Assembly (NCBI GenBank): GCA_963734495.1
Contig: CAVTHK010000011.1
Location: forward strand, 320,001-384,000
Direction: 5' to 3'
Source of the DNA: an uncultured Spirochaetota bacterium
Lineage (GTDB): Bacteria > Spirochaetota > Spirochaetia > SZUA-6 > CAVTHK01
DNA: 64,000 bases
Numbering within the stretch: position 1 is the stretch's first letter; each line of letters opens with the position of its first letter. A program made the translations under genes and the position numbers. Below are positions 27,812 through 38,970 of this stretch, piece by piece. Under the pieces are notes generated by a model that worked only from the letters and a program-made list of their open reading frames with translations, was not told the DNA's origin and ran no database searches.

Positions 27812-29106
27812 AGACCGCGGTCGTCGTGGGGACGGGCGCCGGCGGCGCCACGATCGCCCGCGAGCTCCAGGGCGCCTACGAGGTGACGGTGCTCGAGGCG
27901 GGCGGCGAGTTCCGGCCGTTCGCGGCGAGCCTCGCGGTTCCGGAGGCGCTCAAGCGGATCGGGCTCCTCTTCGACGAGCGCGAGATCCGGCTGATGTTCC
28001 CGGCGATGAAGATCGATCGGTCGAGCGACGGGGATGGTGCTCGTGCGCGGCATCGGGACGGGCGGCACCACCACGATCGCGACGGGAAACGCGCTCCGCG
28101 TGGACGCCGGCCTGGCCGCCGATCGGCATCGATCTGACCCCGGAGCTCGAGCAGCTGCGGACGCGAGATCCCCATCTCCACCGCGCATCAGGGGCGCTGG
28201 AGAGCAGACGACGCGAGAGCTGTTCGCGCTGTGCGCAGAGCATGGGCCTCGAGCCGGCGCCGCTTCCCAAGATGGGCGCGTACGAGTCCTGCCGCCGCTG
28301 CGGCCGCTGCGTGCTGGGCTGCCCCTACGGGGTCAAGTGGGACAGCCGCGCGTTCCTCCGCGACGCGATCGGCGCGCGGCGCGCGCCTGGTCACGGGCGC
28401 CCGCGCGCGAGCGTGCGCATCGAGTCGGGCCGGGCCACGGGCGTGCATGCGATCCGCGGCGGCACGCGCCGCTTCTACGCGGCCGACCTGGTCGTCCTGG
28501 CCGCGGGCGGGTTGGGCACTCCCGTCATCCTGCAGGGCTCCGGCATCGCCTGCGAGCCCACCCTCTTCGTCGACCCCGTTCTGTGCGTGGCGGCGCGGCG
28601 GAAAGGCGCGCTGCTCGACCGCGAGATCTCGATGCCGTTCGCGGTCCGCGCGAGGGCTTCATCGTGTCGCCTTACTTCGACTACCTGAGCTACTTCTTCA
28701 ACCGCCGGTGGAGCGCGCCCGGCCCGCGACACGGTCGAGCCTCATGATCAAGCTGGCTGATTCCTGTCGCGGCGGCGTCGAGGGGCGCAGGATCGACAAG
28801 GGATTGAGCGAAGAGGACCGGCGCACGCTGAAAGGGGCGGTGGACCTCTGTCTCGAGATCCTGCGCGGCCTGGGCATTGCGCGCGACGAGGTCTTCATGG
28901 GGACGCTCAACGCCGGGCACCCCGGAGGGATGCTGCCCCTCGGCCGCGGCGACGCGCAGTCGCTGCACCCGGCCCGGCTCCCGGAGAACCTCTTCGTGGC
29001 CGACGCCACGCTCCTTCCCCGATCGCTCGGCAATCCCCCCATCCTCACGATCATGGCGCTCGCAAAACGCGTGGCGCGGGCGGCGCGCGCGGCACAAGGC
29101 GCTTGA
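27808..29106 (+). CDS. GMC-family FAD oxidoreductase (multiple frameshifts)
   Basis: VVGTGAGG, VLEAG, CRRCGRCVLGC, VVLAAGGLGTP.IL, HPGG, LFVADA, PPILTIMALA. Confidence 0.85.
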
Positions 29107-29123
29107 TCCGCACGGCAGGAGCG

Positions 29124-30190
29124 ATGATGACGAGGTATACGGCTTCGGTGGTTGGCTGCGGCGCCGGCGGAAGGCTGAGCCTCGACGCGTACGCCGCATC
29201 GCCGCGCTTCGACCTGGCCGCGGCCTGCGACCTGAAGCCCGAAGTCCTCGAGGCTGTTCGCAGGAAGTATCCGGGATCCGGACCTTTTCATCGCACCGCG
29301 AGATGTTCGACTCCTGCCCCACGGACGTCGTGAGCGTCTCGACGTTTCCGCCCTCGCACCGCGAGGTGACCTTCGACGCGCTTGCCCGCCGGCCCCGCGG
29401 CGGGCTCGAGCTTCCGCTGCGGGGAATCCTCGTCGAGAAGCCTCTCGCCGACACGGCCGCGGCCGGCAGGGAGATCATGCAGGCCGTCCGGCAGCGGGGC
29501 ATTCCGATGGTCGTGCCGCACGGCTGGCTGGCGCGGGACATCGCGCAGGAGATCAAGGGCCGCGTCAGGGGCGGCGGGATCGGCCGCCTGCTGCTGATGG
29601 AGGTCCAGTGCCGCCGGTGGGACATCATCAACGCGGGAATCCACTGGGTCCACTTCTTCCTGTCGGTGATCGAAAGGGAGCCTGTCGACTCTGTCATGGC
29701 CGCGGTCGACGCGACGACGCGGACCTGGCGCGACGGGATGCAGGTCGAGACCTCCGCGGTGACCTACGTCCAGATGAAGAGCGGCGCCCGGATGGTGATG
29801 CAGACCGGCGACGATACCGCGACCGCCCGGGGCGAGACCGTCTTCCGGTTCTACGGCGAAGGCGGGATGATCGAGTGGTGCCTCCAGGAGTCGTCCTACC
29901 TCGTGAACGGGAAGAACGTACCCGTGACGCCGCGCGACCCGCGCAAGCCGCATCAGCGTTACCTCGATCATCTCGCCGAGCAGATCGACAGCGGCCGCTT
30001 CGACTTCGAGATCCCCGATCTCTCGCTGACCGCGCTCGAGATCTGCGAAGCGGCCTACCTCTCGGCAGCCGGCCGATGCCGGGTCGCGTTTCCACTCGAG
30101 GGCTTCCGCGTCCCGCCGCCGTCGGACTGGGCGCCCGGCAAACCGTACTCGGGCTCCGGCGGCGGCCGCGACGGCCGGACGCTCGGCTGA
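29124..30190 (+). CDS. Gfo/Idh/MocA oxidoreductase (frameshift near 29280)
   Basis: AGGAG RBS, VVGCGAGG, ILVEKPLA, NAGIHW. Confidence 0.85.
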
Positions 30191-30211
30191 TCCCGCCCCG
30201 GCGCTGCCCGT

Positions 30212-30240
30212 CCTAACACAAACCTAACGCCCCGCAAACA
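30212..30240 (+). promoter_or_regulatory. Pho box (PhoB/PhoP direct repeats)
   Basis: CTAACA(30213), CTAACG(30224), CAAACA(30235): 11-bp period upstream of pstS. Confidence 0.7.
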
Positions 30241-30299
30241 CGGAGCTATTGGAGACCGCGTAGCTTCGAGCCACGACACAGGTTCGAAGGAGGGGCATA

Positions 30300-31373
30300 A
30301 TGAAGAAGGTCATCGTGCCGGCCGCCCTGCTCGCGCTCGGTGCGGCGCTGTTCGCAGGCGGAAACGGCGAGGCGACGGCCGGGGTCGCCGCCCGGCCGGC
30401 GTCGATCGAGCAGCAGCCCGTGCTGCTGAACGGGGCGGGCGCCACGTTCCCGTATCCGATCTACTCCAAGTGGTTCGACGAGTACCACAAGCTGCACCCG
30501 TCGGTGCAGATCAACTACCAGAGCATCGGCTCGGGCGGCGGCATCCGCCAGATCACCGAGGGCACGGTCGACTTCGGCGCCACCGACGGGCCGCTGACCG
30601 ACGACCAGCTCAAGGCCTATCGCGACAAGTACGGCTACGACGTCCTGCACTTCCCGACCGTGGCCGGGGCGGTGGTTCCCACTTACAACATCCAGGGCTT
30701 CGCGGGAGAGCTCAACTTTACGCCCCAGGCGCTGGCCGGGATCTTTCTCGGCAGGATCACCAGGTGGAACGACCCGGAGATCGCGAAGGCGAATCCCGGG
30801 GCGAGCCTGCCGGGGGCCGACATCGTCGTCGTGCACCGTTCCGACGGAAGCGGCACCACGTACGTCTGGACCGATTACCTGTCGAAGGTCAGCGACGAGT
30901 GGAAGGCGAAGGTCGGAAAGAACACGTCGGTGAACTGGCCGGTGGGCCTGGGCGGCAAAGGAAACGAGGGCGTGTCGGGCCTCGTCAAGCAGACCCCCAA
31001 CTCCATCGGCTACGTCGAGCTGATCTACGCGGTGCAGAACAGCCTCGGGTACGGCAAGGTGCAGAACGCGGCGGGCCGGTTCGTCAAGGCCAGCCTCGAG
31101 ACGACGACCGCGGCGGCGGCCGGAGCGCCGATGCCCGACGACTTCCGCGTGTCGATGACGAACCCCTCCGGCGCCCAGGCCTACCCCATCGCGAGCTTCA
31201 CCTGGCTGCTCGTCCCGAGCAGGATCGCCGACGCCGCCAAGCGCAAGACGTTCGTCGACTTCCTGCACTGGATGGTCACCAGCGGCCAGGACCTGACCGA
31301 GGCCCTCGCCTACGCCAGGCTGCCGGCAGACGTCGTGACCAGGGAGACCGCGGCATTCGCCAAGGTCCAGTGA
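30300..31373 (+). CDS. pstS: Phosphate ABC substrate-binding protein
   Basis: GAGATFPYP, NYQSIGSGGG, RSDGSGTT, YPI. Confidence 0.96.
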   Translation: MKKVIVPAALLALGAALFAGGNGEATAGVAARPASIEQQPVLLNGAGATFPYPIYSKWFDEYHKLHPSVQINYQSIGSGGGIRQITEGTVDFGATDGPLTDDQLKAYRDKYGYDVLHFPTVAGAVVPTYNIQGFAGELNFTPQALAGIFLGRITRWNDPEIAKANPGASLPGADIVVVHRSDGSGTTYVWTDYLSKVSDEWKAKVGKNTSVNWPVGLGGKGNEGVSGLVKQTPNSIGYVELIYAVQNSLGYGKVQNAAGRFVKASLETTTAAAAGAPMPDDFRVSMTNPSGAQAYPIASFTWLLVPSRIADAAKRKTFVDFLHWMVTSGQDLTEALAYARLPADVVTRETAAFAKVQ

Positions 31374-31401
31374 GGGGGTCGCACATGAAGCAAACAGAGA
31401 C

Positions 31402-32385
31402 ATGACGACCGCAGTAGAACCGCTCAAGAGCGCGCCCGGCCGAGGCCGGGTGCGCGTCTTTCTGCACCGCCTCCGCAGCGGCGACCGTGCCGCGCACCTG
31501 CTCACGCTCATTTTTGCCGCGAGCATCCTGCTGATCACGGTGCTGATCTTCTACGAGCTCTACACGAACTCGGCGCTCTCACGGCGGAAGTTCGGATGGG
31601 CGTTCCTCTTTACCGGCACGTGGGACCCGGTCTTCGAAGAGTTCGGCGCCCTGCCGTTCATCTTCGGAACGCTGGTCACCTCGGCTCTGGCCCTGCTCAT
31701 CGCGGTGCCGGTAGGGATCGGCGCGGCCGTCTTTCTCGCGGAGCTGGCTCCCCCGAGGCTCTCCGACCCGATGACGTTTCTGATCGAGCTCCTCGCCGCG
31801 GTGCCGAGCGTCATCTACGGCCTGCTGGGGATCTTTATCCTCGTACCCATCATGCGCACGGTGGTCCAGCCCTTTCTCAAGGCGACGCTCGGGTTCCTCC
31901 CTCTCTTTCAGGGTCCCGCCTACGGCGTCGGCCTGCTCACGGGCAGCGTGATCCTGGCGATCATGGTCGTGCCGTTCATCATATCCGTTTCCCGCGAGGT
32001 GCTCCTGGCGGTGCCCATGCAGCAGCGCCAGGCGGCCCTGGCTCTGGGGGCCACGCAGTGGGAGGCGACGACGCAGGTCGTGCTGCCTCACGCCCGCAAG
32101 GGCATCGTCGGCTCGATCTTTCTCGCCCTCGCGCGGGCGCTCGGAGAAACCATGGCCGTCACGATGGTGATCGGCAACGATCCTCGCATCACCTCCTCCC
32201 TCTTCGCGCCGGGATACTCCATCGCCGCGGTGATCGCCAACGAGTTCACGGAGGCAACCGGCGACCTCTACGTCAACGCTCTCATCGAGCTGGCCCTGGT
32301 GCTCTTCCTGCTGACGATCGTCATCAACGGGGTGGCGCGGCTGCTGATCCTGGCCACGGGCGGAGGAATGGGGGGGCGCGCATGA
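31402..32385 (+). CDS. pstC: Phosphate ABC permease PstC
   Basis: ELLAAVPSVIYGL, RALGETMAV. Confidence 0.95.
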   Translation: MTTAVEPLKSAPGRGRVRVFLHRLRSGDRAAHLLTLIFAASILLITVLIFYELYTNSALSRRKFGWAFLFTGTWDPVFEEFGALPFIFGTLVTSALALLIAVPVGIGAAVFLAELAPPRLSDPMTFLIELLAAVPSVIYGLLGIFILVPIMRTVVQPFLKATLGFLPLFQGPAYGVGLLTGSVILAIMVVPFIISVSREVLLAVPMQQRQAALALGATQWEATTQVVLPHARKGIVGSIFLALARALGETMAVTMVIGNDPRITSSLFAPGYSIAAVIANEFTEATGDLYVNALIELALVLFLLTIVINGVARLLILATGGGMGGRA

Positions 32386-33227
32386 ACCTGCGGCTCATCC
32401 GGCGCAAGACCGTCAACGTGGTCATGCTGAGCCTGACCGCCCTGTGCGCCCTCGTGACCGCGGGCGTCCTCTTCTTCATCCTCGCGTACCTTGCGGTCAA
32501 GGGCGCCGCGTCTCTGAACTGGGCGTTCCTCACGCAGCTCCCCAAACCGGTCGGGGAGGCGGGCGGGGGCATGGCCAACGCCATCGTGGGCAGCGCGAAG
32601 CTCCTCCTGCTCGCTTCCCTCATCGGCCTGCCGATCGGCTTTCTGGGCGGGGTCTATCTCGCCGAGTTCGCGGGCAGGACCTCCGCGTTCCTGGTGCGCT
32701 ACGCGACCGACCTCCTCAATGGCGTGCCGTCGATCGTCATGGGGATCTTCGCCTACGGACTGATCGTGCTGCGGGCCAGACACTTCTCCACGTTTGCCGG
32801 AGGCTTCGCCCTCGGCATCATGATGATCCCGATCGCCGTGCGCAGCACGGAGGGCTTCCTGCTGGCCGTGCCGAAACGCCTGCGGGACGCTGCGCTGGCC
32901 CTGGGCTCGAGCAAGGCGAGAACGATCGTCACCGTGGTCATCCCCGCCGCGCTCCGGGGGATCGTCACCGGCATCCTGCTCGACCTGGCGCGCGTGGCGG
33001 GAGAGACCGCGCCGCTGCTGTTCACCGCGTTCAGCAACAGGTTCTGGAGCCCGGGCTGGAGTCACCCGACAGCGTCGCTTCCGGTGATGATCTTTACCTA
33101 CGCGATCGCTCCCTACGACGACTGGCACCGCCAGGCGTGGGCCGCGGGCCTCGTCCTGCTCGCCCTGGTGCTGGTGATCAACGTGACCGCGCGCGTGATT
33201 CTGGCCCGGCGACTTACCGTCAAGTAG
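32382..33227 (+). CDS. pstA: Phosphate ABC permease PstA
   Basis: GVPSIVMG, ARVAGETAPL. Confidence 0.95.
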   Translation: MNLRLIRRKTVNVVMLSLTALCALVTAGVLFFILAYLAVKGAASLNWAFLTQLPKPVGEAGGGMANAIVGSAKLLLLASLIGLPIGFLGGVYLAEFAGRTSAFLVRYATDLLNGVPSIVMGIFAYGLIVLRARHFSTFAGGFALGIMMIPIAVRSTEGFLLAVPKRLRDAALALGSSKARTIVTVVIPAALRGIVTGILLDLARVAGETAPLLFTAFSNRFWSPGWSHPTASLPVMIFTYAIAPYDDWHRQAWAAGLVLLALVLVINVTARVILARRLTVK

Positions 33228-33237
33228 GTGGTGAGCA

Positions 33238-34101
33238 ATGGATGACGCGAGTCAGAGAGGGGTGGTGATGGATCGAGCGGCTGCACAGGACCTGCCACTG
33301 CTCCGGCCGCAGGTTCGGACCAGGGCGTCCGAGCCCGCGCAGCTCGAGGCCGTGGTCGAGACAAAGGCTCTCACGATACACTACGGCGAGAGGGTCGCCG
33401 TGCGGGAGATCACGCTGCCGTTCTACCGCAACCTCATCACCGCGGTCATCGGTCCGTCCGGCTGCGGCAAGTCGACGCTGTTGCGGTCCCTCAACCGTAT
33501 GAACGACACCATTGCCGGCGCCGCCGTGGACGGCCGCGTGTCCCTCGACGGCGAGGACATCTACGCTCCCCAGTACGACGTGATCAGCCTGCGCCGCCGC
33601 GTCGGGATGGTCTTTCAGCAGCCGAACCCCTTTCCCAAGTCCATCTTCGACAACGTGGCCTTCGGCGTCCGCGTCAACGGGCTGGCGCGCTCCCGGGCCG
33701 ACCTCGACGACCGCGTCGAGGCCGCTCTGCGATCGGCCGCCCTGTGGGACGACGTCAAGGAGCGTCTCCGCCGCAGCGCGCTGGAGCTCTCGGGCGGCGA
33801 GCAGCAGCGGCTGTGCATCGCACGCGCTCTCGCGGTCAAGCCCGAGGTGCTGCTGATGGACGAGCCGGCCTCGGCGCTCGATCCCGTCTCCACGGCGAAG
33901 ATCGAGGACCTGATGTTCGAGCTCAAGAAGAGCTACACGATGGTCATCGTCACGCACAACATGCAGCAGGCCGCGCGCGTCAGCGATCGAACCGCCTTTC
34001 TGCTGAGCGGCGTCCTCGTGGAGTTCAGCCCCACGACCCAGCTTTTCACCAGGCCCGCCGACCCGCGCACCGAGGCCTACGTCACCGGCCGCTTCGGATG
34101 A
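33238..34101 (+). CDS. pstB: Phosphate ABC ATPase (start may be 33268)
   Basis: [38 protein letters not shown]. Confidence 0.95.
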   Translation: MDDASQRGVVMDRAAAQDLPLLRPQVRTRASEPAQLEAVVETKALTIHYGERVAVREITLPFYRNLITAVIGPSGCGKSTLLRSLNRMNDTIAGAAVDGRVSLDGEDIYAPQYDVISLRRRVGMVFQQPNPFPKSIFDNVAFGVRVNGLARSRADLDDRVEAALRSAALWDDVKERLRRSALELSGGEQQRLCIARALAVKPEVLLMDEPASALDPVSTAKIEDLMFELKKSYTMVIVTHNMQQAARVSDRTAFLLSGVLVEFSPTTQLFTRPADPRTEAYVTGRFG

Positions 34102-34120
34102 TGGCGAGGGAGGAGACCGG

Positions 34121-34777
34121 ATGTCCGTTCGCGCCCACTACCAGGAGAGCCTCGCGCGGCTGCACGGCGGGATCCTCGAGCTCGCGACCTACGTCGAGGG
34201 CGAGCTGCAGAAGGCGCTGGCCGCCCTCCTCCGCCAGGACACGGTTCTCGCCGGCGAGATCCTGCGCGAGGACCCCGAGGTCGGCAGGCGCCAGCTCGAG
34301 GTCGAAGACCAGTGCATCACGCTCATCGCCACCGAGCAGCCGGTCGCGCGCGACCTGCGCGAGCTGATGGCGTCGATGAAGATCGTGTCCAACCTCGAGC
34401 GCATCGGAGACCATGCGGTCCACCTGGCCGAGGTGGCGATCCGGCACGCGGGAGAGACCTACCTCGGCGCCATCGCCGACGTGGAGAGGATGGCCCATCT
34501 CGGGATCGCGATGCTTCGCGACGCGATGAACGCGTTTCGCGACCGTGACTCGGCGGCCGCCAGGGCCGTGGCCGCCCGCGACGACGAGATCGACGCGCTG
34601 CACGACAGGCTGGTGCAGAGGCTGCTGAACGACATGTACGCGAACCGGGACAACATCGGGCAGGCGTTGTCGCTTCTGACGCTCACGCGCTTTCTCGAAC
34701 GGCTCGGCGACCACGTCGCGAGCATGTGCGAGTGGACCTGCTACGGGATCGAGGGCGAGCACGTGCGGCTCAAGTGA
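34121..34777 (+). CDS. phoU: Phosphate signalling protein PhoU
   Basis: QPVARDLR, LERIGDH, LERLGDH. Confidence 0.93.
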   Translation: MSVRAHYQESLARLHGGILELATYVEGELQKALAALLRQDTVLAGEILREDPEVGRRQLEVEDQCITLIATEQPVARDLRELMASMKIVSNLERIGDHAVHLAEVAIRHAGETYLGAIADVERMAHLGIAMLRDAMNAFRDRDSAAARAVAARDDEIDALHDRLVQRLLNDMYANRDNIGQALSLLTLTRFLERLGDHVASMCEWTCYGIEGEHVRLK

Positions 34778-34855
34778 GCGCGGCGCTCATCGGCGGCCCC
34801 ATGGGTCCGCTTGAACCGCGGCGGTCGGACGGCTAATCTGTCGCGAGGGGTGCCG

Positions 34856-35548
34856 ATGGCCAGGGAGCGGATCCTCGTCGTGGAAGACGAGGCGAGCATC
34901 CTCGAGCTGATCGCCTTCAACCTCACGAAGGAGGGCTTCGAGGTCCGGGGCGCACGCTCCGGAGAGGAGGCGCTGCGCGCGCTCGCCGAAGAGCGTCCCG
35001 CGCTGATCCTTCTCGACCTCATGCTGCCTGGCACCGACGGGCTGGAAGTCTGCAGGCGCGTGCGAGCCGAGAGCGCGACAGCCGCGGTGCCCGTGATCAT
35101 GGTTACGGCGAAGGGCGAGGAGTCGGACATCGTGCGCGGTCTCGACGCGGGCGCCGACGACTACCTCACCAAGCCTTTCAGCCCGCGCGTGCTGGTCGCA
35201 CGCGTCAAGGCCGTCCTTCGCAGGCGGGGCCGGGCTGCTCCGCCGGCTGCCGAGCCCGCGATCGTCCGCGGCGGCCTCAGCATCCATACCGGCAGGCACG
35301 ACGTGCGGGTAGCCGGCCGCGAGGTGCCCCTCACGAGCATGGAGTTCCAGCTCCTCGTGTTCCTCGCCTCGCACGCGGGCTGGGTCTACACGCGAGCGCA
35401 GATCGTGGAGGCGATCCGGGGCGCCGACTACTACGTCACGGACCGGTCGGTCGACGTCCTCGTGTTCGGGCTGAGGCGCAAGCTCGGAGAACGGGGCGTC
35501 CTGATCGAGACCGTGCGAGGCGTAGGCTACCGGTTCAAGGAGGAGTAG
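34856..35548 (+). CDS. phoB: OmpR-family response regulator PhoB/PhoP
   Basis: LLDLMLP, GADDYLTKPF, ETVRGVGY; pst context. Confidence 0.9.
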   Translation: MARERILVVEDEASILELIAFNLTKEGFEVRGARSGEEALRALAEERPALILLDLMLPGTDGLEVCRRVRAESATAAVPVIMVTAKGEESDIVRGLDAGADDYLTKPFSPRVLVARVKAVLRRRGRAAPPAAEPAIVRGGLSIHTGRHDVRVAGREVPLTSMEFQLLVFLASHAGWVYTRAQIVEAIRGADYYVTDRSVDVLVFGLRRKLGERGVLIETVRGVGYRFKEE

Positions 35549-37306
35549 GTGAAGGGCCGCTTGCCGCTCGCTTTCGCGCTCGTCCTCAAGGGGACGCTGT
35601 TGACGGCGGCAGCCGTGGCCGCGGTGTCGCTGCTCAACGTCGGCGCATTTCGCGAGTTCCAGCTCTCCGCCGTGGCGCGGGAGCTCATCCGGGAGGCGCA
35701 CCTGCTCGAGGCACCGGTGCTCGAGGCGCTGGGACAGCCCGAAGCCCTCCAGGCGTTGGCCCTCGAAGTCTTCGCAAGCGCCCGCATCCGCGTGACCGTG
35801 ATCCGGACGAACGGAGTCGTCGCAGCCGACTCCGAAGCGGACCCTGCCGTCATGGACAACCACGCCCGCCGGCCGGAGGTCGCGGCTGCGCTTTCCGGCC
35901 GCGCCGGGACGTCGGTGAGGAAGAGCAAGACGATCGGCGAGAGCCTTGTGTACGCCGCCGTCCCGATCGTCCGGGGCGGCGGCACGATCGCGGTCCTGCG
36001 CACCTCGCAGACGGTCGCGGCGGTCCGGGCCGAGCTGGGTCCGTTGTGGCTCCGCAGCGCCGTCGGGGGCCTCGCGGTGTTCCTGCTCGCCACCCTCGTG
36101 TTCCTGCGGACCGCCGCCTCCATCACGCGGCCGATCGGCGAGCTCACCGAGGCGGCGCTCCGGCTGCGCGCGGGGGAGCTCGATCGCCGCGTTCGGGTCC
36201 GCGAACCGGCGGAGCTCGCGACGCTCGCTGACGCCTTCAATGAGATGGCGGCCGAGCTGCAGGGCCGCATCGTCACGGTCCTTCGGCAGAACGCCCTCGT
36301 CGAAACCATCTTTGCCAGCATACCTGACGGGATCATCGCCATCGATCCGCAGGGCGCCATCATGGACCTCAACGACGCCGCGGCCGCGCAGCTCGGCGTC
36401 GCCCGCGTCGAGGCGCGAGGCCGCAGCGTGAGCGCGGTCGTGCGCAACCGGGAGATCCTGGAGTTCATCCGCAGGGCCCGGGCCGCGTCAGGGCCGATCG
36501 AGGAGAGCCTCACGCTCTACGGGGAGCGCGAGCAGAGTCTCCGCATCCGGGCCGCGGCGCTCGGCGACGCCGCTGTCACGGGACTGCTCGTCGTGTTTCA
36601 CGACGTGACGCTGCTGCGGAGGCTCGAGACCCTGCGCAGGGACTTCGCCGCCAACGTCTCGCACGAGCTCCGGACCCCGATCACCTCGATCAAGGGCTTC
36701 ATCGAGACGCTGCAGGACGGAGCAGGGTCGGACCCGGCGAACGCGACGAGGTTCCTCGCGATCATCGCGAAGGAGGCCGACCGGCTGGAGGCGATCGTCG
36801 AAGACCTGATGAGCCTGGCGAGACTGGACCAGGCGGAAGAGCGGGGCGACATCGACCTGGCGGAGATCGGCGTCCGGGGAGTCCTCGAATCGGCCATCGA
36901 GGCATGCGGCGAGGCTGCGCGGGCCCGGGGGATCGTCGTCGAGCTCGACTGCCGCGGCGAGCCTTGGGTCCGCGCCAACGCCGCTCTCCTCGAGCGCGCC
37001 GTGGTCAATCTCGTCGACAACGCTATCAAGTACTCGCCCGAGGGCGGGCAGGTCACGGTGTCCGCCGCCCGCGGCGAGCGCGGCCTCGCGATCACCGTCA
37101 GGGACTCGGGATGCGGCATCTCAGCGGAGCATCTGCCGCGGATTTTCGAGCGCTTCTACCGGGTCGACCGGGCGCGAAGCCGCGACCTCGGCGGAACGGG
37201 TCTCGGCCTCGCCATCGTCAAGCACGTGGCCCAGGCGCACGGCGGCGCCGTCACGGTCGAGAGCGAGGTCGGGCGGGGGAGCACCTTCACCATCCACCTC
37301 CCCTGA
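35549..37306 (+). CDS. phoR: Sensor histidine kinase PhoR (HAMP, PAS)
   Basis: MDNHARRPE, NVSHELRTP, NAIKYS, FERFYRVD, GTGLGL. Confidence 0.92.
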   Translation: MKGRLPLAFALVLKGTLLTAAAVAAVSLLNVGAFREFQLSAVARELIREAHLLEAPVLEALGQPEALQALALEVFASARIRVTVIRTNGVVAADSEADPAVMDNHARRPEVAAALSGRAGTSVRKSKTIGESLVYAAVPIVRGGGTIAVLRTSQTVAAVRAELGPLWLRSAVGGLAVFLLATLVFLRTAASITRPIGELTEAALRLRAGELDRRVRVREPAELATLADAFNEMAAELQGRIVTVLRQNALVETIFASIPDGIIAIDPQGAIMDLNDAAAAQLGVARVEARGRSVSAVVRNREILEFIRRARAASGPIEESLTLYGEREQSLRIRAAALGDAAVTGLLVVFHDVTLLRRLETLRRDFAANVSHELRTPITSIKGFIETLQDGAGSDPANATRFLAIIAKEADRLEAIVEDLMSLARLDQAEERGDIDLAEIGVRGVLESAIEACGEAARARGIVVELDCRGEPWVRANAALLERAVVNLVDNAIKYSPEGGQVTVSAARGERGLAITVRDSGCGISAEHLPRIFERFYRVDRARSRDLGGTGLGLAIVKHVAQAHGGAVTVESEVGRGSTFTIHLP

Positions 37307-37349
37307 CTGCCGGCGCGGCGTGCGGTCGGCCCGCCGCGCCCGTTTGTTG

Positions 37350-37378
37350 TTGACCCCCGATAGGCCGCTGCTTATTTT
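37350..37378 (+). promoter_or_regulatory. Sigma70-like promoter
   Basis: TTGACC(37350-37355)-17-TATTTT(37373-37378). Confidence 0.55.
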
Positions 37379-37538
37379 GAATTTCTATGGGACGTGGCTC
37401 GTCCACATCCAGCGCAAGTCTTTGCTTTCCATTCGAAGATCCGCGTGCCGCCTCGTCCGTCCCCGCGTGCAGAGGCCCTGGCTTCGGCCGCGGGCGCCGG
37501 CACGGGCGGGGCGGCCTGACGATCTACAGGAGGAGAAA

Positions 37539-38873
37539 ATGACGAGAGGAGTGGCTTTCGCTGTCTCTCTGTCGCTGCTCGCGGCCGGTCTTCTGTTCGC
37601 CGGAGGCGCAAAGGAGAATAGCGCGACCGGCCCGGTGACCATCACGTTCTGGACCTCGCACACGCCGCCCGACTCCGACACGCTCAAGGCGATGGTCGAC
37701 ACGTGGAACAAAGCGAACCCCGGACATCCAGGCTCAGTTCGTGCAGGTGCCCGGGTCCGAGACCGACGTCGCCAAGCTCATGACGGCGGTGCGCGGGGGC
37801 ACGGGCCCCGACGTTTACTTCCTCGACCGGTTCACCGCCGCGCAGCGCGCGGCCTCGGGGGTGCTCGAGGACCTCACCCCGATGATCCAGAAGACCGACC
37901 CCAACCTGGCCTCCAGGTACGTCGGCTACGCGTGGGGCGAGACGCAGCTCAAGGGCAAGACCTACGCGCTGCCGTTCGACACCGACTCGCGCGTGCTGTA
38001 CTACAACAAGGACATGATCAAGGCCGCCGGGTTCGATCCCGCACTCGGCGATCCGAAGAATGGCCCGCTCACGCTCGACCAGGTCGCGGCAGGTCGCCTT
38101 CGCGATCAACAAGACCGACGCGAGCGGCAACTACACCCAGGTGGGCTTCATCCCCTACGACACCACGTACTCCCAGGGGTGGCACTACACCTGGGGCTTC
38201 GACTTCGGCGGCAGGTTCGCCGACCTCGCCGCCGGCAAGGTGACGCCGGCCGACCCCGGCATCGTCAAGGCGTTCCAGTTCCTCAAGGACTGGGCGGCCG
38301 CGATGGGCCCGCAGAAGGTGCAGACGTTCATCAGCACCTACGCTCCGCCCAACAACCCGCCCCAGCAGCACCCGTTCCTGATCGGCAAGGTGGCGATGAT
38401 GGTGAGCGGCGACTGGGTGCTGAACTCGATCCGGCAGTACGCCCCGAACCTCAACTACGGCGTGACCTACATCCCCGTGCCGAACAAGGGCGACAAGCCC
38501 TCGACCTGGGCCGGCGGCTGGTCGCTGGTGATCCCGACGGGGTCCAAGCACCCGGCCGAGGCCTTTCAGTTCCTGAGCTGGATGTGCGGACCCGACGGCC
38601 AGAAGATGTACACCACGGGCACGCTGCACCTGCCTACCTGGAAGGCGCTGCTCGACGACATCGAGCCTCTTCGACCCGCAGCACCTGTTCTTCAAGCAGC
38701 TGCTGTCCGTCGCTTACAGCCGCCCGGCGCTGCCCGTCGGCGCGCTGTACTGGGATGCCCTCACGCAGGCGGAGAACGCGGTGACGCTCAACCAGGCCGA
38801 TCCGCAGGCGGCGCTCCAGCAGGTCGCGGACCAGGTGAACCCGCAGCTGCAGCCGTTCCTCCCGCTGCAGTAG
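37539..38873 (+). CDS. Carbohydrate ABC substrate-binding protein (frameshifts near 37730, 38090, 38665)
   Basis: AGGAGG RBS, LFA/GGAKE, GPDV, YALPFDTD..LYYNKD, GKVAM, GGWSLVIP. Confidence 0.85.
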
Positions 38874-38880
38874 AGTCGCG

Positions 38881-38910
38881 GCGGGCGGGAGCGCCGGCCC
38901 TTCCGCCCGC
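38881..38910 (+). terminator. Intercistronic stem-loop
   Basis: GCGGGCGGGAG / CTTCCGCCCGC stem with one G-U pair. Confidence 0.55.
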
Positions 38911-38970
38911 GTCCGCCGCCCGCAAAGGGGGGCTGGGGACCTTGCGGGACGCAAGGTCGTAGGAGCGGTC

